NCBI GenBank assembly: GCA_049287065.1
Contig: JBAQFB010000008.1
Span: 118,071-182,070, forward strand
DNA length: 64,000 bases
Source: Candidatus Nanopelagicaceae bacterium
Lineage (GTDB): Bacteria; Actinomycetota; Actinomycetes; Nanopelagicales; Nanopelagicaceae
Direction: 5' to 3'
The translations under genes were made by a program, and so were the position numbers. Under the pieces are notes generated by a model. It ran no database searches and was not told where the DNA came from. It saw nothing but the letters and a program-made list of their open reading frames with translations. Shown one piece after another: positions 1 through 11,150 of the stretch; the first letter of the stretch is position 1, and each line of letters starts with the position of its first letter.

Positions 1-1042
1 GGTCAGCGCAGATCGTGTTTACGAGGTAACCATTGGGTGCGCTTGGCGCGAAACTCTCTTGCCATTTCTCGAGGGGCGCGCACGCGCTGCCGTTGTGATT
101 TCAGCAGAGATGCTTATTCACTATACGCCCATTGAACTTGCCGGTCTTTCTATCCAGGTTTTTGAGATTCCGGATGGCGAGAGCGGTAAGAACGTCCAAA
201 CACTGGAATCCCTCTGGGACAGATTGGGTCGAGCCGGATTTACTCGAAGTGATCTCATTATCGCCATCGGTGGGGGAGCAACAACAGATATTGCAGGCTT
301 CGCTGCGGCTACCTGGCTTCGCGGAATTGATTGGATAGCGATTCCCACGACTCTCGCCGGAATGGTCGATGCCTCAGTAGGCGGCAAGACGGGCATGAAC
401 AGTAAATTTGGTAAAAACCTTATTGGATCTTTTCATTCGCCGATCGCGGTTTTAGTAGATTTGAGTTGGCTATCGAGTCTGACCGAGCGAGACTTCGCCG
501 CAGGATTGGCGGAGGTTGTCAAAACGGGTTTTATAGCGGATGGGGAGATCCTCGCGAAACTCGCGGATAAGCGCATTTCACAGGTACGGGATTCGATCGA
601 ATTAACTGAAGAATTGATTTCCCGTGCGCTTCAGGTAAAGGCGAAAGTCGTTAGTGAAGACTTTAAAGAGAGTTTTGCGCGCGAAGTGCTCAATTATGGG
701 CACACCATGGGTCATGCGGTCGAATTGCATAGCAAATACTCACTGCGCCATGGTGAAGCCGTCGCTATCGGGATGGTTTTCATAGCCGAACTCTCGTTTC
801 GACTAGGAGTCATGTCCGCGGAATTGGTACAGCAGCATAGGAAATTGCTGTCAGACCTAGGCTTGCCGATAACGTACGCGAAAGATGCATGGCCTGAACT
901 ATCTTTGCTTCTCGCCATGGATAAGAAGTCTCGTGGCAATTCCCTAAGGTTTGTTGCAATATCAGGGATCGGCAAGACCTTGCGTCTTGCCGATGTCAAT
1001 CAAGAGGATTTAGAGATGGCATATGAGAGGCTAAGTTCATGA
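1..1042 (+). CDS. aroB: 3-dehydroquinate synthase (5' end off-window)
   Basis: The frame is open to the window edge: VSADRVYEVTIG precedes the ORF-track TTG at 59, so the gene is truncated by the window. It carries the GGGATTDIAGFAAATW and VDASVGGKTG nucleotide-binding stretches and the HTMGHAVE / HGEAVAIG metal-ligand motifs of AroB. ATGA overlap with aroQ. Confidence 0.9.
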   Translation, partial: VSADRVYEVTIGCAWRETLLPFLEGRARAAVVISAEMLIHYTPIELAGLSIQVFEIPDGESGKNVQTLESLWDRLGRAGFTRSDLIIAIGGGATTDIAGFAAATWLRGIDWIAIPTTLAGMVDASVGGKTGMNSKFGKNLIGSFHSPIAVLVDLSWLSSLTERDFAAGLAEVVKTGFIADGEILAKLADKRISQVRDSIELTEELISRALQVKAKVVSEDFKESFAREVLNYGHTMGHAVELHSKYSLRHGEAVAIGMVFIAELSFRLGVMSAELVQQHRKLLSDLGLPITYAKDAWPELSLLLAMDKKSRGNSLRFVAISGIGKTLRLADVNQEDLEMAYERLSS

Positions 1043-1473
1043 GAATCATGGTCTTAAACGGTCCGAATCTGGCTCGTCTAGATATTCGAGATGCATCTAT
1101 TTACGGAGACCTCTCCTATGCAAAGTTAGTTTCGTTTATTGAGGAATCTGCCCTAACTCTTGGTTTCGAAGCTGACGTTCGCCAGAGCAATGAAGAGTCT
1201 CAAATCATTGAGTGGCTCCATGAGGCGGCCGATTCAGAATTGCCAGTAATCCTCAACCCTGCCGCCTTTACGCATTACTCATACGCGATTAGAGATGCGG
1301 CTGAAATGCTCAAGGCCCCACTGATCGAAGTGCATCTATCGAATCCGCTCTCGCGGGAGGAATTTCGCCATACTTCGGTGATATCGGGGATTGCGCAAGG
1401 AACAATCGCGGGTTTTGGTCCAAATTCGTATCGTCTCGCGCTTGAAGCCATGAAGAACCTGGTGCAAAAGTAA
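1039..1473 (+). CDS. aroQ: type II 3-dehydroquinate dehydratase
   Basis: 144 aa. Has the LNGPNL..R....IYG N-terminus and the AFTHYS and EVHLSNP motifs characteristic of type II DHQase. Confidence 0.93.
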   Translation: MRIMVLNGPNLARLDIRDASIYGDLSYAKLVSFIEESALTLGFEADVRQSNEESQIIEWLHEAADSELPVILNPAAFTHYSYAIRDAAEMLKAPLIEVHLSNPLSREEFRHTSVISGIAQGTIAGFGPNSYRLALEAMKNLVQK

Positions 1474-1536
1474 CCTCTCGTTAGCGGGTATCCTTCTCCT
1501 TTGACGTGAAATACGCGTTCAGGGATGGGATTGATT

Positions 1537-2097
1537 GTGGCATCGACCAACGACTTAAAAAACGGTATGACATTGGACATCGACGGGCAGCTCTGGAATG
1601 TCGTGGAATTTCAACATGTTAAGCCAGGTAAGGGGCCAGCATTCGTACGGACCAAACTAAAGTCCGTTATGACTGGCAAAGTCGTCGACAGAACTTTCAA
1701 TGCTGGCGTGAAGATCGAAATTGCGATCTTAGAGAAGCGCGAAATGCAGTATCTCTACCGGGACGGCGATGATTTCGTATTTATGGATACGAAGACTTAC
1801 GACCAAACATCTATTCCCGCCAAGACCGTTGGTGATGCAGCCAAATATATGTTGGAGAATACCGATGCCATTGTCGCTGTGCATGAAGGCAATCCGCTAT
1901 ATATCGAACTGGCAGCTTCTGTTCCATTGACGATTACATACACGGAACCGGGACTACAAGGGGACCGCTCATCGGGCGGCACTAAGCCGGCGACCCTCGA
2001 AACGGGAATTGAGATTCAAGTCCCTCTCTTTATAAAGCAAGATGAAAAGGTCCTGGTGGACACACGTGACGGGTCTTATTTGGGACGCGCAAACTAG
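1537..2097 (+). CDS. efp: elongation factor P
   Basis: ASTNDLKNG...[16 protein letters not shown] matches EF-P throughout. The GTG at 1537 gives the canonical N-terminus, with a purine-rich GGGATGGGA upstream. The ORF-track ATG at 1525 is the alternative start. Confidence 0.92.
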   Translation: MASTNDLKNGMTLDIDGQLWNVVEFQHVKPGKGPAFVRTKLKSVMTGKVVDRTFNAGVKIEIAILEKREMQYLYRDGDDFVFMDTKTYDQTSIPAKTVGDAAKYMLENTDAIVAVHEGNPLYIELAASVPLTITYTEPGLQGDRSSGGTKPATLETGIEIQVPLFIKQDEKVLVDTRDGSYLGRAN

Positions 2098-2519
2098 TGA
2101 CCGCTCGTGGCAAGGCTCGAAAACAGGCACTGGACATTCTCTTTGAGTCCGACATTCGCAACTCTTCGCCCATTGAACTCCTATCGACAAGGCTGGTTGA
2201 TGTCGAAGGTCCTGATGCGCGTCCCATGCGGGAGTATGCGCAAGAGCTCGTGAGGGGCGTCGTAGAGCATCAAAGAAAGATTGACGAACTGATTTCAACG
2301 TACGCGCAGGGATGGGATATGGATCGTCTTCCTGCAGTAGATCGCAATGTACTTCGAATCGCAATTTATGAACTTCTCTGGCGTGAAGATATTCCAGACG
2401 CCGTAGCGATTGATGAAGCACTCACGCTGGCAAAGCTATTGTCCACCGATGAATCTGCCGGATACATTCATGGGGTCTTGGGTCGAATATCAAGCATCAA
2501 GACGGACCTTGCCCTGTGA
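2097..2519 (+). CDS. nusB: transcription antitermination factor NusB
   Basis: 140 aa. ARKQALDILFE, DRLPAVDRNVLRIAIYELLW and GYIHGVLG are typical NusB. TAGTG one-base overlap with the efp stop. Confidence 0.9.
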   Translation: MTARGKARKQALDILFESDIRNSSPIELLSTRLVDVEGPDARPMREYAQELVRGVVEHQRKIDELISTYAQGWDMDRLPAVDRNVLRIAIYELLWREDIPDAVAIDEALTLAKLLSTDESAGYIHGVLGRISSIKTDLAL

Positions 2520-2982
2520 AGAGAAGATTCTCTGCTTTTAGCCAATCTTCCACCTCGGTCTGACTCAAGAAAAGAACCAGCCCGAGGAGTGCGAGATCTC
2601 CTTCTCGAAGACTCATTACTTCGCCATTCCAGTCATTTCTTTGATTCGCGATCCATGCAACGAAGGTTGCGAGCAGACGTGTTTTTTCGTTCTCATCTAC
2701 TTTGGATCTCACGCGACGCAGATCGAGAATGAGGGCGATTCTTCGCGTCAGCACGGGTATTTCTTCCTGTACTAGATAGTGGAGCGGAACTCCATACAAA
2801 TTGGCTAAGTCGATGGCGCGCTTAACGCTCATGGTTCGATCGCCTCGCTCGTAAGAGCCCAGTACGACGGCCTTGAAATTGCCTTTGGAAAGTTTCTCAA
2901 CGTGGGCAAGACTCCAGCCCCGAGCTTTGCGGATCTTGCGGATTCGAACTGCGATACTTTCCTGGGTTGGTTGTCTAGTCAT
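2497..2982 (-). CDS. bldD: BldD-like XRE-family developmental / c-di-GMP-responsive transcriptional regulator
   Basis: 161 aa. The N-terminal HTH (IRKIRKARGWSLAHVEKLSKGNFKAVVLGSYERGDR) and the C-terminal domain are colinear with Streptomyces BldD as I remember it. It lies between nusB and pyrR, as bldD does in Streptomyces. RND-x8-REGD sits at aa 115-129. Confidence 0.82.
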   Translation of the reverse strand: MTRQPTQESIAVRIRKIRKARGWSLAHVEKLSKGNFKAVVLGSYERGDRTMSVKRAIDLANLYGVPLHYLVQEEIPVLTRRIALILDLRRVRSKVDENEKTRLLATFVAWIANQRNDWNGEVMSLREGDLALLGLVLFLSQTEVEDWLKAENLLFTGQGPS

Positions 2983-3070
2983 GCAGGATTGTAGAAAATC
3001 TCAAGAAACGCCTCGTTTCCCACTCCACAGGCGCCCCGATTCTCGCCGTGGTAGGCTCGACTCCGAAGAT

Positions 3071-3105
3071 CCTTTAACGACCCGTCCTGCGAGGCGGGGA
3101 AGGAG
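3071..3105 (+). promoter_or_regulatory. candidate PyrR-binding RNA stem-loop overlapping the pyrR Shine-Dalgarno
   Basis: CCCG-UCCUGCGAGG-CGGG (3081-3098) resembles the PyrR binding-loop consensus ARUCCAGAGAGGYU. The flanking CCUU (3071-3074) can pair with AAGG (3100-3103) of the GGAAGGAG SD, which lies 6 nt before the ATG at 3111. Confidence 0.45.
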
Positions 3106-3110
3106 CGTCT

Positions 3111-3665
3111 ATGAGCGTTGCTATGCCTGCGGTGGATATAACCCGCGCTTTAACTCGCATTTCTCATGAAATTCTCGAACGAAACAATGGTTCAGAGTCG
3201 ATCGTCCTGATGGGAATCCCTACGCGGGGGGCCTTTCTAGCCCAACGATTGGCAAGAATGGTCTCGTCCATTGAAGGCAAGGACGTTTCCGTCGGAACGG
3301 TTGATATCACCTTGCATCGTGACGATTTAAGGATGCGCCCTGTACGAGCCCTAGTACCAACAATGACTCCGATCGGGGGCATTGCAGGAAAAGACGTAAT
3401 TCTGATCGACGACGTTTTATTCTCCGGACGGACTATTAGGGCGGCCCTGGATGCTCTGGGCGAAATGGGTCGTCCACGTACCGTCCAATTGGCGGTACTA
3501 GTAGATCGCGGCCACCGCGAACTTCCTATAAGGGCGGATTTTGTTGGCAAAAACCTGCCAACTTCGCGCCAGGAAGCCGTCAAAGTACACCTAAGTGAAA
3601 TTGATGGCATAGACGAAGTCCTGCTTGAGAGCATGGAGAATCTTGAGAGCATGGGGACAAACTGA
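3111..3665 (+). CDS. pyrR: bifunctional pyr operon regulator / uracil phosphoribosyltransferase PyrR
   Basis: 184 aa. Has GIPTRG, the PRPP-binding motif [13 protein letters not shown], and [13 protein letters not shown]. Confidence 0.93.
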   Translation: MSVAMPAVDITRALTRISHEILERNNGSESIVLMGIPTRGAFLAQRLARMVSSIEGKDVSVGTVDITLHRDDLRMRPVRALVPTMTPIGGIAGKDVILIDDVLFSGRTIRAALDALGEMGRPRTVQLAVLVDRGHRELPIRADFVGKNLPTSRQEAVKVHLSEIDGIDEVLLESMENLESMGTN

Positions 3666-4618
3666 TGCGCCACCTTCTTTCTGCTTCCGACCTCAGTTAC
3701 GCCCAAACGCTCTCCATACTCGACACTGCGCAGGAGATGGCCCGTGTTTCCGAGGGGCCAGTCAAAAAACTTCCAACGCTACGTGGCAGAACGATCGTGA
3801 ACCTCTTCTATGAAGATTCGACCAGAACCAGAATCTCCTTCGAGGCAGCCGCTAAGCGGTTGTCTGCAGATGTCATTAATTTCTCGGCAAAGGGATCGAG
3901 CATTAGTAAAGGGGAGTCACTAAAAGATACGGCGCTAACTCTTCAAGCGATGGGGGCAGATGCGGTAATCCTCCGGCATCCGGCTTCCGGCGCCGCTCAC
4001 CGATTGGCAGAGTCGCAATGGACCAACGGAAGCGTGATCAATGCCGGCGACGGAACCCACGAACATCCGACGCAAGCACTGCTTGACGCATTCACAATTC
4101 GCAAACACTTAAGAGCAGGAGGCGGAGACTTGCGGGGTCTCACGGTCGCAATTGTGGGCGACATTCTTCATTCGCGGGTGGCTCGCTCCAATGTCATCTT
4201 ACTTTCAACGCTTGGTGCGCATGTAATTCTGGTAGCACCGCCCACACTACTTCCATTTGGAGTTGAGACCTGGCCAGCTCAAGTTTCATATGATCTAGAC
4301 GCCACATTGCCACTAGTCGACGCAGTGATGATGCTTCGGATCCAACAAGAACGAATGGATGAACTATTTTTCCCAACCGCTCGGGAATATTCCCACTATT
4401 TCGGTCTCAACAATAATCGCCTCAAACTTATGAAAAATACTTCGATCATTATGCATCCGGGTCCGATGAACCGCGGATTGGAAATTACTGCGGAATGTGC
4501 AGATAGCGCACGTTCTGTCATTGTCGAGCAAGTAGCCAACGGAGTGAGCATTCGCATGGCTGTTCTTTATTTGCTGCTCGCTGGTTCTTCGGATGAAGAT
4601 GGGGTTCTAATTTCATGA
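3665..4618 (+). CDS. pyrB: aspartate carbamoyltransferase catalytic subunit
   Basis: Carries the [21 protein letters not shown] and HPGPMNRG motifs. TGATG overlap with pyrR. Confidence 0.95.
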   Translation: MRHLLSASDLSYAQTLSILDTAQEMARVSEGPVKKLPTLRGRTIVNLFYEDSTRTRISFEAAAKRLSADVINFSAKGSSISKGESLKDTALTLQAMGADAVILRHPASGAAHRLAESQWTNGSVINAGDGTHEHPTQALLDAFTIRKHLRAGGGDLRGLTVAIVGDILHSRVARSNVILLSTLGAHVILVAPPTLLPFGVETWPAQVSYDLDATLPLVDAVMMLRIQQERMDELFFPTAREYSHYFGLNNNRLKLMKNTSIIMHPGPMNRGLEITAECADSARSVIVEQVANGVSIRMAVLYLLLAGSSDEDGVLIS

Positions 4619-5934
4619 CGGGCTATATCCTTAAAGGCGGCTCACTTCCAAGTGGCGCGAAATCTGATATTTATATCGTGGGCGGCCTAATCGCACAGAT
4701 CGCGGAGAGAATTACCGATCCCGCCGCGTCTACAGCTCAGGAAGTAGATATTGCCGGATGCGTAGTTCTTCCCGGACTCGTCGATCTTCATACCCACTTG
4801 CGCGAGCCTGGTAGAGAAGAGGCCGAGACTGTTGCATCCGGTGCTAGAGCAGCGGCCAAGGGAGGTTTCACTGCTGTATCGGCCATGGCAAATACATTCC
4901 CGGTCGCAGACACAGCGGGGGTAGTGGAGCAAGTTTATCGTCTGGGGCAGGAGAGCGGTTACTGTGATGTTTTCCCAATTGGTGCTGTCACGCAGGGTCT
5001 GGCTGGCAAAGCCCTTGCTGAACTTGGGGCGATGGCTGATTCAGAAGCGCGCGTAAGGGTTTTTAGTGACGATGGAAATTGTGTTTCCGATCCAATCGTT
5101 ATGCGAAGAGCACTTGAATACGTTAAGAAATTCAATGGGGTAATCGCCCAACATGCGCAAGATCCACACATGACTAAAGATTCGCAGATGAATGAAGGAG
5201 TGGTCTCGTCGCGTTTAGGACTTAAGGGATGGCCGGCAGTGGCAGAAGAGGCGATTATCGCGCGTGACATTCTCTTGGCCGATCATGTGAAATCGCGTTT
5301 GCATGTCTGTCACGTCACAACTGCTGGCGGAGTGGAAATTATTCGATGGGCAAAGGCACGCGGAATCCAGGTTACGGCGGAAGTAACTCCGCATCACCTA
5401 CTCCTGACGGACGAATACGCTACTTCGTACGACCCAATCTTTAAGGTCAATCCGCCATTAAGAACAAAGAGTGATGTCATGGCCCTTCGTGAGGGCCTCG
5501 CGGATGGGACAATCGATATTGTCGCTACCGATCACGCACCCCACCCTGCAGAGAGCAAAGAATGTGAATGGCAAGTTGCTTCATTTGGGATGATCGGTCT
5601 TGAAAGCGCTCTGTCCATTGTGCATGCCACAATGGTGGAGACTTCTCTCATGAGCTGGAATGACTTGGCGGGTCGGATGTCTTATGCACCGGCTCGAATA
5701 GCTGGCTATACAGGACAAGGCCAAGAATTACGTACTGGATCCAATGCGCACTTAGCGGTTTTTGATCCGACACTTGCATGGAAGGTGGATCGAGATCTCG
5801 GAGTCTCCCGAAGCCGTAATACTCCTTTTCATGGAATGGAATTTCCCGGTTCGGTTATTGCGACCTTTTTCCGTGGGCAGCCAACCGTTTTGAATTCTCA
5901 ACTCGTACCCAACAAGGCGCAAAATGAGATCTAA
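4615..5934 (+). CDS. pyrC: dihydroorotase
   Basis: 439 aa. Has the [10 protein letters not shown] and VATDHAPH metal-binding motifs of the amidohydrolase-type dihydroorotase. ATGA overlap with pyrB. Confidence 0.92.
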   Translation: MTGYILKGGSLPSGAKSDIYIVGGLIAQIAERITDPAASTAQEVDIAGCVVLPGLVDLHTHLREPGREEAETVASGARAAAKGGFTAVSAMANTFPVADTAGVVEQVYRLGQESGYCDVFPIGAVTQGLAGKALAELGAMADSEARVRVFSDDGNCVSDPIVMRRALEYVKKFNGVIAQHAQDPHMTKDSQMNEGVVSSRLGLKGWPAVAEEAIIARDILLADHVKSRLHVCHVTTAGGVEIIRWAKARGIQVTAEVTPHHLLLTDEYATSYDPIFKVNPPLRTKSDVMALREGLADGTIDIVATDHAPHPAESKECEWQVASFGMIGLESALSIVHATMVETSLMSWNDLAGRMSYAPARIAGYTGQGQELRTGSNAHLAVFDPTLAWKVDRDLGVSRSRNTPFHGMEFPGSVIATFFRGQPTVLNSQLVPNKAQNEI

Positions 5935-7045
5935 GGCATTTCTAGTCCTTGATGATGGAAGGATTTTTGAAGGTAAGTCTTGGGGCGCCACTGGTAAAGC
6001 ATTTGGCGAGGCCGTTTTTGCCACGGGAATGACCGGATATCAAGAGACTCTTACCGATCCTTCGTATCACAAGCAGATAGTTGTCATGACCGCTCCGCAC
6101 ATCGGAAATACAGGCATCAATACTGAAGACAATGAATCAGAGAAGATTTGGGTCGCTGGTTTTGCAGTTCGTAATCCCTCAACAATTCGAAGTAGCTGGC
6201 GCAGTCACGGAAATTTGGAAGACGAGTTGCTCAAGCAGAATATTGTTTCAATCCAAGGGATCGATACTCGGGCGATTACCCGCCATCTGCGCGATCGCGG
6301 AGCTATGCGAGTCGGAATCTTCTCGGATCTCAATTTGAGCCGCGAAGAAATGGTCATTGAAGTCCGCAAGAGCACTTCCATGGCGGGTGCACATCTCACA
6401 GATGATGTATCGACCAAGAAGGCATATGTGGTTCCGGCACTTGGGGAGAAACGCTTCACTGTTGCCGCCATTGATCTAGGAATCAAATCGTCCACCCCGC
6501 GACTCCTGTCCGCGCGCGGTGTCGAAGTTCACGTATTGCCCCATGACACGACATTCCAACAGATCCAAGCGTTGGCTCCCGATGGCGTTTTTCTCTCGAA
6601 TGGACCTGGGGATCCGGCAACCATGAACGAGGTTGTCGAGACTGTCCGATCGATATTGAATGCCGAAATTCCTCTTTTTGGGATCTGTTTTGGTCACCAA
6701 ATCCTCGGACGGGCATTGGGTTTTAGTACTTATAAGCTTCCATTTGGTCATCGCGGTATCAACCAACCAGTCATGGACAAAACAACAAATAAGGTGGAAA
6801 TTACGGCTCATAATCATGGATTCGCGCTACAGGCGCCGACAGATGACATTTTTACAACAGTTTACGGTCCCGGCGAAGTAAGCCACATAAGTTTGAACGA
6901 TGGAGTTGTAGAAGGCATTCGTATGTTGGAGTCGCCTGCATTTAGTGTCCAGTACCACCCTGAAGCCGCTGCCGGACCACACGATGCCGCTTATCTTTTC
7001 GATCGCTTTATTCAAATGATGTCCACGAAACGGGTCGGTGCCTGA
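5924..7045 (+). CDS. carA: carbamoyl-phosphate synthase small (glutaminase) subunit
   Basis: Has [11 protein letters not shown], the class-I GATase triad context GICFGHQ, and HNHGF / YHPEA. Overlaps the pyrC end by 11 nt. Confidence 0.95.
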   Translation: MRSKAFLVLDDGRIFEGKSWGATGKAFGEAVFATGMTGYQETLTDPSYHKQIVVMTAPHIGNTGINTEDNESEKIWVAGFAVRNPSTIRSSWRSHGNLEDELLKQNIVSIQGIDTRAITRHLRDRGAMRVGIFSDLNLSREEMVIEVRKSTSMAGAHLTDDVSTKKAYVVPALGEKRFTVAAIDLGIKSSTPRLLSARGVEVHVLPHDTTFQQIQALAPDGVFLSNGPGDPATMNEVVETVRSILNAEIPLFGICFGHQILGRALGFSTYKLPFGHRGINQPVMDKTTNKVEITAHNHGFALQAPTDDIFTTVYGPGEVSHISLNDGVVEGIRMLESPAFSVQYHPEAAAGPHDAAYLFDRFIQMMSTKRVGA

Positions 7046-10000
7046 TGCCATTGGATAGGTCTATCAAAAGTGTTCTGGTGATCGGGAGTGGACCGATTGT
7101 CATCGGCCAGGCTTGCGAGTTTGATTATTCTGGAACTCAAGCGTGCCGAGTATTACAAGCCGAGGGAATTCGAGTCATACTCGTAAACTCTAATCCGGCA
7201 ACCATTATGACCGATCCGGAATTTGCCGATGCGACGTATATCGAGCCGATCACTCCCGAGTACCTCGAACGAGTGATTGAGAAGGAGGCACCTGACGCTC
7301 TACTTGCGACCTTGGGAGGACAGACTGCTCTCAATGCAGCGATGGCACTTCACGAGCGTGGGACTCTTGCGAAATTCGGGGTCAGACTCATCGGCGCGGA
7401 TGTTGATGCCATTCAACGCGGAGAGAATCGCGAACTATTCCGAGATATCGTCAAGAAGGTAGGCGGAGAGTCGTCGCAATCGATAATCTGTCACACCCTA
7501 GAGGATTGTTTCACTGCAGCAAATTTACTCAATTACCCGGTGGTCGTGCGGCCCTCTTTTACGATGGGTGGTCTAGGGTCTGGCATTGCATTCGACGCGA
7601 CAGAGTTAGAACAGATCGCCGGAGCCGGTTTGCGACACAGTCCGACTACGGAAGTTTTACTGGAGGAATCAATCCTCGGGTGGAAAGAGTACGAACTCGA
7701 AGTGATGCGTGATCGCAATGACAACGTCGTAGTCGTCTGTAGTATCGAAAATCTTGATCCGATGGGCGTCCATACGGGTGATTCGATTACTGTTGCGCCG
7801 CCAATGACTTTAACGGATGTCGAGTTTCAGAAGCTTCGCAATTTATCTTTGCTGATAATCCGCGAAGTGGGCGTAGACACTGGCGGATGCAATATTCAAT
7901 TTGCTGTCAATCCGGAGACGGGTCGAATCATCGTAATCGAAATGAACCCGCGGGTTTCTCGCTCGAGTGCATTGGCATCGAAAGCCACCGGATTTCCAAT
8001 TGCGAAAATCGCGACAAAGTTGGCGATCGGCTATACCCTCGATGAGATTGAGAATGACATTACGAAGGTTACGCCGGCCTCCTTTGAGCCCACTCTTGAT
8101 TATGTAGTAGTCAAAGTTCCTCGTTTTGCCTTTGAGAAGTTTCCAGATGCAGATCCACGTCTCACCACAACCATGAAGAGCGTTGGAGAGGCAATGGCGA
8201 TTGGTCGCTCTTTTCCGGAGGCATTGCAAAAAGCCCTGCGCTCCCTGGAGCGGAAAGAGGCACCTTTCGCGTGGCCTGTCGAACGATCCGAGAATATGAA
8301 GTTGGCGCTCTTGTCGTCGATGCAGGTGCCAACTGAGTACCGACTCAAAGAGGTACAGCAAGCACTCTGGTTTGGGGCGACGATTGATGAGGTCTATGCC
8401 GCCACGAAAATCGACAAGTGGTACCTCACCGAAATTGAACTCATCAATTCGCAAGCCGCTGAGATCGCCACACCGGGCGAACTGACTTCGGATTTATTGC
8501 GCTCTGCTAAACAAATGGGGTTCTCTGATTTGCAGATTTCGAATTTGCGGGGTGTTTCCGAAGAAGATATCCGTCGTCAGAGACAGCACCTCAATATCCG
8601 TCCGGTCTACAAGACAGTTGATACCTGCGCCGCAGAATTTGAAGCCTTCACTCCCTACCATTATTCGAGTTACGAGGAAGAGACCGAAGTTCGTTCTCGA
8701 ATTCGACCCGCGGTAATCATTCTTGGCAGCGGACCAAATAGAATTGGCCAAGGTATTGAATTCGACTACTCCTGTGTTCACGCTTCATTCGAACTCGGAA
8801 AACAAGATTATGAAACCGTCATGATCAACTGCAACCCAGAAACTGTCTCGACGGATTACGACACAAGTGATCGTCTCTACTTCGAACCTCTCACATTGGA
8901 AGATGTTTTGGAGATTGTTTACGCGGAGACCCTGGCTGGACCGGTATTGGGGGTCATTACGCAACTTGGCGGGCAGACGCCGCTTGGGTTAGCGGCAGCT
9001 CTTAAGAATGCGGGAGTCCAAATTCTCGGCACCAGCCCGGAAGCTATTAATTTGGCGGAGGAGCGAGGTGCATTTGGTGACCTCCTACACGAGCAAGGTC
9101 TGACAGCGCCACAATTTGGCATGGCATCTTCTCATCAAGAGGCCTTGGAAATTGCACATAGAATCGAATATCCAGTACTTGTTCGTCCATCCTTCGTGCT
9201 CGGCGGACGCGGAATGGAAATAGTCTACGACGATGCCTCTCTTGGTGGATTCATTTCCCGCGCAACTGACATCACCCCGGACCATCCTGTCCTGGTCGAC
9301 CGATTTTTGGATTCGGCGATTGAAATTGATGTCGACGCACTCTTTGACGGGCATGAACTTTTCCTTGGTGGAGTCATGGAACATATTGAAGAGGCAGGCA
9401 TCCATTCAGGGGATAGCGCTTGCGTGATCCCAGCGATGACCGTAACGACGATTCAACATGACGAGATAAGAGTCGCCACCGAGAAGATCGCGCGCGCGGT
9501 AGGCGTGCTTGGACTAATCAATATTCAGTTCGCCCTGGCTAGCGATGTCCTCTATGTTCTTGAGGCAAACCCGCGCGCATCCCGCACGGTCCCTTTCGTC
9601 AGTAAAGCCACAGGTGTGCCACTAGCCAAAGCGGCGGCTCGTATCGCACTTGGGGCTTCCATTCTCAATCTGCGTGAGGAAGGTTTGCTGCCTGCGCAAG
9701 GGGATGGAGTGGCACGAGGCATCTCTGTCAAGGAAGCTGTCCTGCCTTGGAATCGTTTTAGAAGGAGTGACGGGCGAGGTGTAGATGCCGTCCTAGGACC
9801 CGAGATGCGTTCAACGGGTGAAGTGATGGGCATTGCTGAATCATTTGGCGAAAGTTATTCGAAGAGCCAGATAAGTTCTTTTGGTTCACTGCCAAAATCT
9901 GGCAAGGTATTCATCTCGCTCGCGGATAAAGACAAACCGCAGGGCTTGGCTTCGGCTCGGGCGCTTTCGGAAATGGGATTTGCTCTCGTTGCGACCGTTG

Positions 10001-10308
10001 GCACCGCCAAGTATTTCGAAGAAAATGGAGTTGCCACCTCAACTGTCCGGAAAAATTCTGAAGGCCCTGGCCTATTTGGCGAGCGGACGGCAGTCGACCT
10101 CATTGCCTCTGGCGCCATTGACCTAGTTGTAAACACTCCAGTGGGGCGGGGAACCAGACAGGACGGATGGCTCATCAGGACGGCGGCAGTTCAGAATTCG
10201 ATTCCTTGCATTACGACAACGGCAGGATTTAGTGCAGCAGTTGCTGGCATACAATCTCTCCAGCGAGGCGAGTTCAGTATCCGTTCCCTGCAAGAGTGGC
10301 TGGCATAA
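7045..10308 (+). CDS. carB: carbamoyl-phosphate synthase large subunit
   Basis: 1087 aa with duplicated ATP-grasp halves ([17 protein letters not shown] and [15 protein letters not shown]) and a C-terminal MGS-like domain. TGATG overlap with carA. Confidence 0.97.
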   Translation: MPLDRSIKSVLVIGSGPIVIGQACEFDYSGTQACRVLQAEGIRVILVNSNPATIMTDPEFADATYIEPITPEYLERVIEKEAPDALLATLGGQTALNAAMALHERGTLAKFGVRLIGADVDAIQRGENRELFRDIVKKVGGESSQSIICHTLEDCFTAANLLNYPVVVRPSFTMGGLGSGIAFDATELEQIAGAGLRHSPTTEVLLEESILGWKEYELEVMRDRNDNVVVVCSIENLDPMGVHTGDSITVAPPMTLTDVEFQKLRNLSLLIIREVGVDTGGCNIQFAVNPETGRIIVIEMNPRVSRSSALASKATGFPIAKIATKLAIGYTLDEIENDITKVTPASFEPTLDYVVVKVPRFAFEKFPDADPRLTTTMKSVGEAMAIGRSFPEALQKALRSLERKEAPFAWPVERSENMKLALLSSMQVPTEYRLKEVQQALWFGATIDEVYAATKIDKWYLTEIELINSQAAEIATPGELTSDLLRSAKQMGFSDLQISNLRGVSEEDIRRQRQHLNIRPVYKTVDTCAAEFEAFTPYHYSSYEEETEVRSRIRPAVIILGSGPNRIGQGIEFDYSCVHASFELGKQDYETVMINCNPETVSTDYDTSDRLYFEPLTLEDVLEIVYAETLAGPVLGVITQLGGQTPLGLAAALKNAGVQILGTSPEAINLAEERGAFGDLLHEQGLTAPQFGMASSHQEALEIAHRIEYPVLVRPSFVLGGRGMEIVYDDASLGGFISRATDITPDHPVLVDRFLDSAIEIDVDALFDGHELFLGGVMEHIEEAGIHSGDSACVIPAMTVTTIQHDEIRVATEKIARAVGVLGLINIQFALASDVLYVLEANPRASRTVPFVSKATGVPLAKAAARIALGASILNLREEGLLPAQGDGVARGISVKEAVLPWNRFRRSDGRGVDAVLGPEMRSTGEVMGIAESFGESYSKSQISSFGSLPKSGKVFISLADKDKPQGLASARALSEMGFALVATVGTAKYFEENGVATSTVRKNSEGPGLFGERTAVDLIASGAIDLVVNTPVGRGTRQDGWLIRTAAVQNSIPCITTTAGFSAAVAGIQSLQRGEFSIRSLQEWLA

Positions 10309-10310
10309 CT

Positions 10311-11150
10311 ATGAGTCCAATAAACCGACATGCAAAAACTGTTAATGCCACTGTTATGGGCAACAAGCGGATTGGGCAATACCATCAAATTCTGATTAAT
10401 GTCGGGGAGTTGGTCACGCACTGCCGACCTGGAAATTTCGTCGCCATTGCTGTGGGCGGAGAGAACTCGGGACTAATTCTTCGCAGAGCGTTTGCAATAG
10501 CCCGAATTTCTCATGGGGGAGATTACGGTGGAACAATGGAGTTAATTGTTGCGCCGCATGGCCCCGGCAGTCGATGGCTCTGCGCGCAAACCGAAGGTGT
10601 TGAATTGGATGTAATCGCACCTTTGGGAAGCGCGTTTGGAATTCCTACCGAGCCGGTTCAAGCGTTACTCATCGGTGGAGGCTATGGGTCCGCTCCGCTT
10701 TTCGGCTTGGCCGAAGTACTGAAATCTCGTGGTTGTCGCGTAGATATGATTTTAGGTGCGAGCTCAGCGGTCAAAATTTATGCTCCAACTGAAGGAAAGC
10801 GTTCAGTTAATTCGCTCAAGATATATACGGAAGATGGAAGTGCCGGAATCCGCGGGAAGGTGACTGATCCACTCGAGGACTTGATTAAAGAAGGCGTCGT
10901 CGACGTAATCTACTCATGCGGCCCAATGGGCATGCTATCCGCGATCTCGAAAATTGTCGCCAACTCTGATGTTGTCCATCAGTGTGCTGTTGAAGAATCG
11001 ATGGCGTGCGGAATAGGTGTTTGCATGACGTGCGTGCTTCCAATTGAGAATAGTGACGGGTCTGTGGGCATGCTCAGGTCCTGTATAGACGGGCCGGTTA
11101 TGGATGGTGCGGTAGTGCGTTGGGATTTAGTCGGAAAGGCGACTAACTAA
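10311..11150 (+). CDS. pyrK: dihydroorotate dehydrogenase (class 1B) electron-transfer subunit
   Basis: Ferredoxin-reductase-like fold with the C-terminal 2Fe-2S motif CAVEESMACGIGVCMTCV...SC. The ATG at 10311 lies 2 nt after the carB stop. The ORF-track GTG at 10296 is the alternative start. Confidence 0.85.
   Translation: MSPINRHAKTVNATVMGNKRIGQYHQILINVGELVTHCRPGNFVAIAVGGENSGLILRRAFAIARISHGGDYGGTMELIVAPHGPGSRWLCAQTEGVELDVIAPLGSAFGIPTEPVQALLIGGGYGSAPLFGLAEVLKSRGCRVDMILGASSAVKIYAPTEGKRSVNSLKIYTEDGSAGIRGKVTDPLEDLIKEGVVDVIYSCGPMGMLSAISKIVANSDVVHQCAVEESMACGIGVCMTCVLPIENSDGSVGMLRSCIDGPVMDGAVVRWDLVGKATN

Noticed and set aside
3074-3087. A near match to a BldD box (TAAC-GACCC-GTCC versus TNAC-N5-GTNA) in the bldD-pyrR intergenic region.
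   Set aside because: The second half-site is imperfect, the central bases do not fit the extended consensus, and the sequence is better explained as part of the PyrR RNA hairpin. I cannot support it without a genome-wide motif model.
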